NCBI GenBank assembly: GCA_051659465.1
Contig: JBOFOP010000122.1
Coordinates: forward strand, 1 to 33,595
Source: Cetobacterium sp.
GTDB taxonomy: Bacteria > Fusobacteriota > Fusobacteriia > Fusobacteriales > Fusobacteriaceae
Reading direction: 5' to 3'
Length of the DNA: 33,595 bases
In this document: positions 29,343 to 33,595 of the stretch, piece by piece
How the letters are laid out: every line of letters begins with the position of its first letter
Position numbering within the stretch: position 1 is the first letter of the stretch
Notes under the pieces: generated by a model
Databases searched by the model: none
What the model saw: the letters and a program-made list of their open reading frames with translations, nothing else
What the model was told of the DNA's origin: nothing
Translations under genes and position numbers: made by a program

Positions 29343-30179
29343 ATGAAAATGAAAAAGTTTTTTTTAATGGGATTGATATCAATAATGGGTACTTATTCAA
29401 CAACAGCTATGGCATCAAAAGTTATTCAAATGAAAGGTTCTGATACGATAGTTAATGTTTCACAATACATAGCAGAAGAATATATGGGAAAAAATAAAGA
29501 TGCAAGAATAGCAGTAACAGGTGGAGGATCAGGTGTAGGAATTTCATCGTTAATAAATGGAACAGCTGATATTGGAATGGCATCAAGAAATATAAAAGAA
29601 AAAGAAATGAAAGCAGCTGAAGAAAAAGGATTAAAATTAAAAGAAGTTGTAATAGGTTATGATGGGATAACAGTAATAGTAAATGAGAGCAATAAATTAA
29701 AAAATATGAATCATTTAGATTTAGCAAAAATATTTAGAGGTGAAATTACAAACTGGAAAGAGTTAGGCGGAGATGATGCTAAAATAGTAGTTTTATCAAG
29801 AGATTCATCGTCAGGAACTCACGAATTCTTTAAAGAACATATAGTAAGAGAAGAAAATACTAAAAAAGATGCAGAATATGGAAAAAATACATTATACATG
29901 CCATCAAATGAAGCTATAAAACAAGAAGCTAAAAGCAATAAATATGCTATAGGATACATTGGAATGGGATATATGGACAAAACTGTTAAAAGTTTAAGCG
30001 TTGACTCTATTGAACCAAATGTACAAAATGTTGCAGATAAAAAATATCCAATTGCTAGAGAGATTTATTGGTATGTTCCAACTACAGAAAACAAAATTGT
30101 AAATGAATTAGTTGATTTTGCACTATCTAGTCATGGACAAAGAGTAGTTGCTGACGAAGGGTTTGTTCCAGCAAAATAA
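29343..30179 (+). CDS. pstS: Phosphate-binding protein
   Basis: KGSDT, GGGSGVGI, DIGMASR, SRDSSSGT; signal peptide ending AMA. ATG 29343 follows AAGGAGG. Confidence 0.94.
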   Translation: MKMKKFFLMGLISIMGTYSTTAMASKVIQMKGSDTIVNVSQYIAEEYMGKNKDARIAVTGGGSGVGISSLINGTADIGMASRNIKEKEMKAAEEKGLKLKEVVIGYDGITVIVNESNKLKNMNHLDLAKIFRGEITNWKELGGDDAKIVVLSRDSSSGTHEFFKEHIVREENTKKDAEYGKNTLYMPSNEAIKQEAKSNKYAIGYIGMGYMDKTVKSLSVDSIEPNVQNVADKKYPIAREIYWYVPTTENKIVNELVDFALSSHGQRVVADEGFVPAK

Positions 30180-30185
30180 TACAAT

Positions 30186-30218
30186 AAGGTGTTCTTCTGA
30201 AAAAGGAACACCTTTTTT
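30186..30218 (+). terminator. Intrinsic terminator after pstS
   Basis: AAGGTGTTCT ... GGAACACCTTTTTT. Confidence 0.82.
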
Positions 30219-30225
30219 CTATTTG

Positions 30226-30234
30226 TGATATAAT
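30226..30234 (+). promoter_or_regulatory. Extended -10 for the two-component operon
   Basis: TGaTATAAT immediately after the pstS terminator. Confidence 0.55.
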
Positions 30235-30258
30235 AATACTAAAAATGGGAGAGATGAT

Positions 30259-30936
30259 ATGAAGGTACTAGTAGTTGAAGATGATTTAGAAATACAAGCA
30301 TTAATAAATTATTATTTTACAAAAGAGGGGTATAAAGTAACTGTAGCATCAGATGGATTAGAAGGGTTGAAATATTTAAAGAAAGAAAAACACGAGTTAA
30401 TAATTTTAGATTTAATGTTACCTAATTTAGATGGAATAAATTTTACTAAAATAGTGAAAGAAATGGAGGATGAATATGGGACTCCATATATAATAATGCT
30501 AACTGCAAAAACAGAGGTTGAAGATGTATTAAAAGGTCTTGAAGTTGGAGCAGATGACTATATGAAGAAACCATTTGATCCAAGAGAGTTACTTTTGAGA
30601 GGTAAAAAATTATTAAATCAACAAGAGAAAAATAAAAAAATTAGAAATAGGTTTTTAGAATTAGAAATAGATGAACAAAAACATTTAGTAACAAATGCAG
30701 GAGTAGAGGTAGAGTTATCAAAAAAAGAATATGACTTATTATTGTTATTAGTAAAAAATAGGGGAATAGTGGTTAGTAGGGAAAAAATATTAGATAAAGT
30801 ATGGGGAAGTAATTATTATTCTGGAGATAGAACTGTTGATGTTTATATATCTAAGTTGAGAGAGAAAATTTCGTTTTTAACAGAGTGCATAAAAACGGTA
30901 AAAGGAGTTGGATACAGATTAGAAGAAAAGAGATAA
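30259..30936 (+). CDS. phoP: OmpR-family response regulator, PhoP/PhoB-like
   Basis: VEDD, LDLMLP, GADDYMKKPF, RTVDVYI, TVKGVGY; located in the pst locus. Confidence 0.85.
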   Translation: MKVLVVEDDLEIQALINYYFTKEGYKVTVASDGLEGLKYLKKEKHELIILDLMLPNLDGINFTKIVKEMEDEYGTPYIIMLTAKTEVEDVLKGLEVGADDYMKKPFDPRELLLRGKKLLNQQEKNKKIRNRFLELEIDEQKHLVTNAGVEVELSKKEYDLLLLLVKNRGIVVSREKILDKVWGSNYYSGDRTVDVYISKLREKISFLTECIKTVKGVGYRLEEKR

Positions 30937-32609
30937 TAGCACTATTTTTTATTGTAATAATAGAGATGTTTTTTGTTATTTTGAATATATCTTTTTTATC
31001 AACACTTTATGAAGATGGGACAAAACAAAGCTTAAGAGAAAATATACTTATAGTATCTAATTTGATAAGAGAGTATGAAAAAGACGAATATCAGCAAATA
31101 TTTAAAAATTCAGATGTTCGTTTTAATATAATAGAAATGGATGGAAGGGTTATATATGATTCTAGAAAATATAAAGAAGAGCAAGAGTTAGAAAATCATA
31201 GTAATAGAAAAGAGGTTTTAGAAGTAAGGGAAATAGGTATTGGCTTTGATATTAGAAAAAGTTCTATTTCAGATGAAACTATGGCTTATTATGCAGTTAG
31301 AAGAGTAAATAAAGAAGGCGAAAAAGTAATACTTAGAGTTTCAAAAGATTATGGTAAAACTTTAAAAATATTAAAAGTTTTATTAATTGGAGAGCTTTTG
31401 TTTTTTACTTTTTTGAATTTTATAATTCATATTTTTTATAAAAAATATTTGAAAAGAGATTTGTATAGGAAAATCGAAATAATAGAAAATTTTTTAGAGA
31501 ACAAAGGAAATGGAGAAAATTTGTATTTTGAAAAAGATCCTTGGATTTTAAATCTTTGGGATGTTGTTCAAAAATGGCAAAAGCAAAATTTGGAAAATAT
31601 AATTAATTTAAATAGGGAAAAAAGAATATTACATCAAATTATAACATCTATTGATTCTTCAATATGTTTATTTGATGAAAATCTAGAACTTATAATCAAA
31701 AATACTAGATTTAATTATCTTTATGAAAAAGATAAAACAAATTACCTTAATTTAATAAAGGATTTAGAGATAATACAAATTGTAAAAAAATCAGTGAGTA
31801 TGAAAAAAAATCAAAAATCAGAAATATATATATTGAGATTAAAAAGATACTTTAGCATTAATGTGAAATATTTAGAGCAAGATCAAAGATATCTATTATC
31901 AGTAAAAGATATAACTCAAACCAAAGGAATGATAGAGGTTCAAAAAACTTTTATTAGCAATGTAAGTCATGAATTAAAAACCCCATTGACTAATATAAAA
32001 GGATATGTAATTGCGTTAGAAGATGCTCCTGAGCCTTTAAAAGTTCAATTTATAAAGACTATAAAAAATAATATTGATAAACTTGAGAATATAATTATAG
32101 ATTTTTTAAATATAAGCAAAATTGAGAGTTCAAATATTGTAAATGTAGAAAAGGTTCATGTAGCTAGAGTAAAAGCTGAATTACATGCAGTATTAAATGA
32201 AAGAATTAAAACTAGTGGTGCTAATATAACCTATAGTTTAAATCTTTTAAATAAAGAAAACGAACTAAAAATAGATTTTGAAAAAGTTTTGACTATTTTG
32301 AAAAATTTAGTAGAAAATGCAATTATATATGGTGGTAGGCCAGCTCCTGAAGTTGAAATATCTATAATAGAAACTAAAAATAGATATAAAGTTGGAGTGA
32401 AAGATAATGGTGTTGGTATAGGAGAAGAAGAAATTCAAAAAATATTTGAAAGGTTTTATAGAGTTGATAAAGCAAGAACGAGTAACAAAGCTGGTACTGG
32501 ATTAGGCTTATCAATAGTAAAAGAGTTAGTAGAAAAATGTGGTGGAAAAATAGATGTTATTTCTAAAGAAGGAAAAGGAACTATTTTTATTTTTACTATC
32601 CTTAAATAA
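30885..32609 (+). CDS. phoR: Sensor histidine kinase, PhoR-like (start uncertain)
   Basis: Two TM segments, ENHSNRKEV extracytoplasmic motif, PAS-like region, SHELKTPL H-box, N/G1/F/G2 boxes (FYRVDKAR, GTGLGL). Confidence 0.85.
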   Translation: MHKNGKRSWIQIRRKEIIALFFIVIIEMFFVILNISFLSTLYEDGTKQSLRENILIVSNLIREYEKDEYQQIFKNSDVRFNIIEMDGRVIYDSRKYKEEQELENHSNRKEVLEVREIGIGFDIRKSSISDETMAYYAVRRVNKEGEKVILRVSKDYGKTLKILKVLLIGELLFFTFLNFIIHIFYKKYLKRDLYRKIEIIENFLENKGNGENLYFEKDPWILNLWDVVQKWQKQNLENIINLNREKRILHQIITSIDSSICLFDENLELIIKNTRFNYLYEKDKTNYLNLIKDLEIIQIVKKSVSMKKNQKSEIYILRLKRYFSINVKYLEQDQRYLLSVKDITQTKGMIEVQKTFISNVSHELKTPLTNIKGYVIALEDAPEPLKVQFIKTIKNNIDKLENIIIDFLNISKIESSNIVNVEKVHVARVKAELHAVLNERIKTSGANITYSLNLLNKENELKIDFEKVLTILKNLVENAIIYGGRPAPEVEISIIETKNRYKVGVKDNGVGIGEEEIQKIFERFYRVDKARTSNKAGTGLGLSIVKELVEKCGGKIDVISKEGKGTIFIFTILK

Positions 32610-32613
32610 AAAA

Positions 32614-32642
32614 TTTACAAATTAAAATAGGTATGTTATAGT
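32614..32642 (+). promoter_or_regulatory. sigma70 promoter
   Basis: TTTACA (32614-32619), 17 bp spacer, TGtTATAGT (-10 at 32637-32642). Confidence 0.6.
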
Positions 32643-32677
32643 AAATTAGAACAAAACAACCAATAAAGGGGGATAAA

Positions 32678-33367
32678 ATGGCTAAATTAAGAAGTATAAT
32701 AGTTGCAAATGCAGCACAAATGAGTCAACAAATAGGAGGAGCCGTAGATATTTTTGGTTCTTTTGATAATATAATTCAACCGTTATTTCCACATCCAATG
32801 ATGAGATTATCAATTGTTTTAACTTTTGAAGAGATAACAAGACCAACTGTATTTGAAGTTAGATTAAATGGACCAGATGATGATTTAATATCAAGAGGAG
32901 AGTTAACTCCTATGGTAGATCCTTTAGGAGTGGGAAAAAAGATAGTTGATATAGATAAATTCCTAATTAAAGCTAGAGGGAAATATACAATAGATGTATT
33001 TGAAAAAGTTGGAGAAGAGTTAAAGTTTTTAAAAACTGAAACTTTGTTTATTGCAGAATATCCACCTCAAAGAAACTTTACAAACGAGCAAATTGAAGAA
33101 ATTTCAAAAAATGATGAATTGATTAGAAGTGTAAAAACTGAATTCAAACCTTTTGGATTTGAAAACACTATAAAATTACAACATAATCTTTTAGAAGAAG
33201 CACCTATAGAAGAAGGATTTGTAGCTATCCCTAAAAATGATAGAATTATAATTGATGGACAAGAGTTAGAATTAACAGGAGTTAGAAGACAAATTGAATG
33301 GATGTTTGGAAATCCAATTCCAAAAGAAGAACCATCAACTGAAAAGATTGAATCTGAAGAAAAATAG
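32678..33367 (+). CDS. Hypothetical cytoplasmic protein (beta-rich N-terminal half, possibly DUF6941-like)
   Basis: 229-aa ORF with RBS, its own promoter and terminator, and host-like codon usage. Confidence 0.7.
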   Translation: MAKLRSIIVANAAQMSQQIGGAVDIFGSFDNIIQPLFPHPMMRLSIVLTFEEITRPTVFEVRLNGPDDDLISRGELTPMVDPLGVGKKIVDIDKFLIKARGKYTIDVFEKVGEELKFLKTETLFIAEYPPQRNFTNEQIEEISKNDELIRSVKTEFKPFGFENTIKLQHNLLEEAPIEEGFVAIPKNDRIIIDGQELELTGVRRQIEWMFGNPIPKEEPSTEKIESEEK

Positions 33368-33373
33368 TTGTTT

Positions 33374-33402
33374 AGAGCTGCTTTTAAAGCAGCTTTTTTT
33401 TT
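33374..33402 (+). terminator. Intrinsic terminator
   Basis: AGAGCTGCTT-tta-AAGCAGCTTT followed by a long T run. Confidence 0.85.
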
Positions 33403-33419
33403 ATTTTTCAAAAAAGTAT

Positions 33420-33448
33420 TTGACATAGAATAAAAAATATGATACTAT
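33420..33448 (+). promoter_or_regulatory. tRNA operon promoter
   Basis: TTGACA (33420-33425), 17 bp spacer, TGaTACTAT (-10 at 33443-33448). Confidence 0.8.
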
Positions 33449-33458
33449 TTCCTTGTAC

Positions 33459-33542
33459 GGAAGGTTATCCTAATTGGTAAGGAATCGGTCTTGAAAACCG
33501 ACGTCGTAAGACTTCAGAGTTCGAGTCTCTGATCTTCCGCCA
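33459..33542 (+). tRNA. tRNA-Ser(TGA)
   Basis: Acceptor GGAAGGT/ATCTTCC, G73, encoded CCA; anticodon arm TCGGT-CT-TGA-AA-ACCGA; variable arm GTC-GTAA-GAC; T arm CAGAG-TTCGAGT-CTCTG. Confidence 0.95.
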
Positions 33543-33548
33543 TACAAT

Positions 33549-33595
33549 GGTGAAGTGGCAGAGTGGCCTAATGCACTCCCCTGCTAAGGGAGAGT
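33549..33595 (+). tRNA. tRNA-Ser(GCT), truncated by the window end
   Basis: GGTGAAG-TG-GCAGAGTGGCCTAATGC D arm; anticodon arm CTCCC-CT-GCT-AA-GGGAG. Confidence 0.88.

Noticed and set aside
4443-33426. Short ORF-track ORFs antisense to real genes (4443-4688, 5416-5736, 5997-6185, 8135-8680, 11987-12175, 14424-14627, 20895-21131, 22234-22425, 23799-23999, 28369-28722, 29452-29727, 33067-33426)
   Set aside because: All overlap well-supported genes on the opposite strand, have the L/F/S/I-rich shadow composition expected from AT-rich codons, and show no recognisable motifs.
33459-33542. Possible selenocysteine or suppressor tRNA
   Set aside because: The anticodon is TGA (reads UCA, Ser), not TCA, and the acceptor stem is a standard 7 bp.
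33459-33595. tRNA as an integration site for a genomic island
   Set aside because: No integrase or duplicated tRNA 3' end in the window; any island would lie beyond the right edge.
1-33595. CRISPR array, IS element, prophage or riboswitch
   Set aside because: No regularly spaced repeats or transposase/phage genes seen; intergenic regions are short and largely explained by promoters and terminators.

Overview
AT-rich, gene-dense chromosomal segment. The gene content and protein style point to Fusobacteriaceae, probably Cetobacterium-like (inference). Mostly housekeeping genes, in order: era; tdk, a TruA-like/KH fusion, an HD protein, a TIGR03960-type radical SAM enzyme and ung; a secreted FMN-bind-like protein; murE-kdsA-kdsD; DUF1858; a self-contained two-gene unit (SNF2 ATPase plus a 586-aa protein with an XPB-NTD/Tfb2-like C-terminus); Ogg2-type glycosylase; miaB-rho-LysM/M23-ispG; ECF sigma, anti-sigma and a periplasmic protein; prfA-prmC-queA-rsmD-xseB-ispA; a divergent phosphate locus (pstCAB-phoU on -, pstS and phoPR on +); a hypothetical gene; and two tRNA-Ser genes, the second cut by the window edge. 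I saw no CRISPR array, IS element or prophage. The best candidates for undescribed biology are the SNF2 + XPB-NTD-like pair and the TruA-KH/HD/radical SAM cluster. The clearest non-coding signal is a mirror-symmetric pair of four-repeat Pho-box arrays driving the divergent pst promoters. All family calls come from motif recognition, not database searches.
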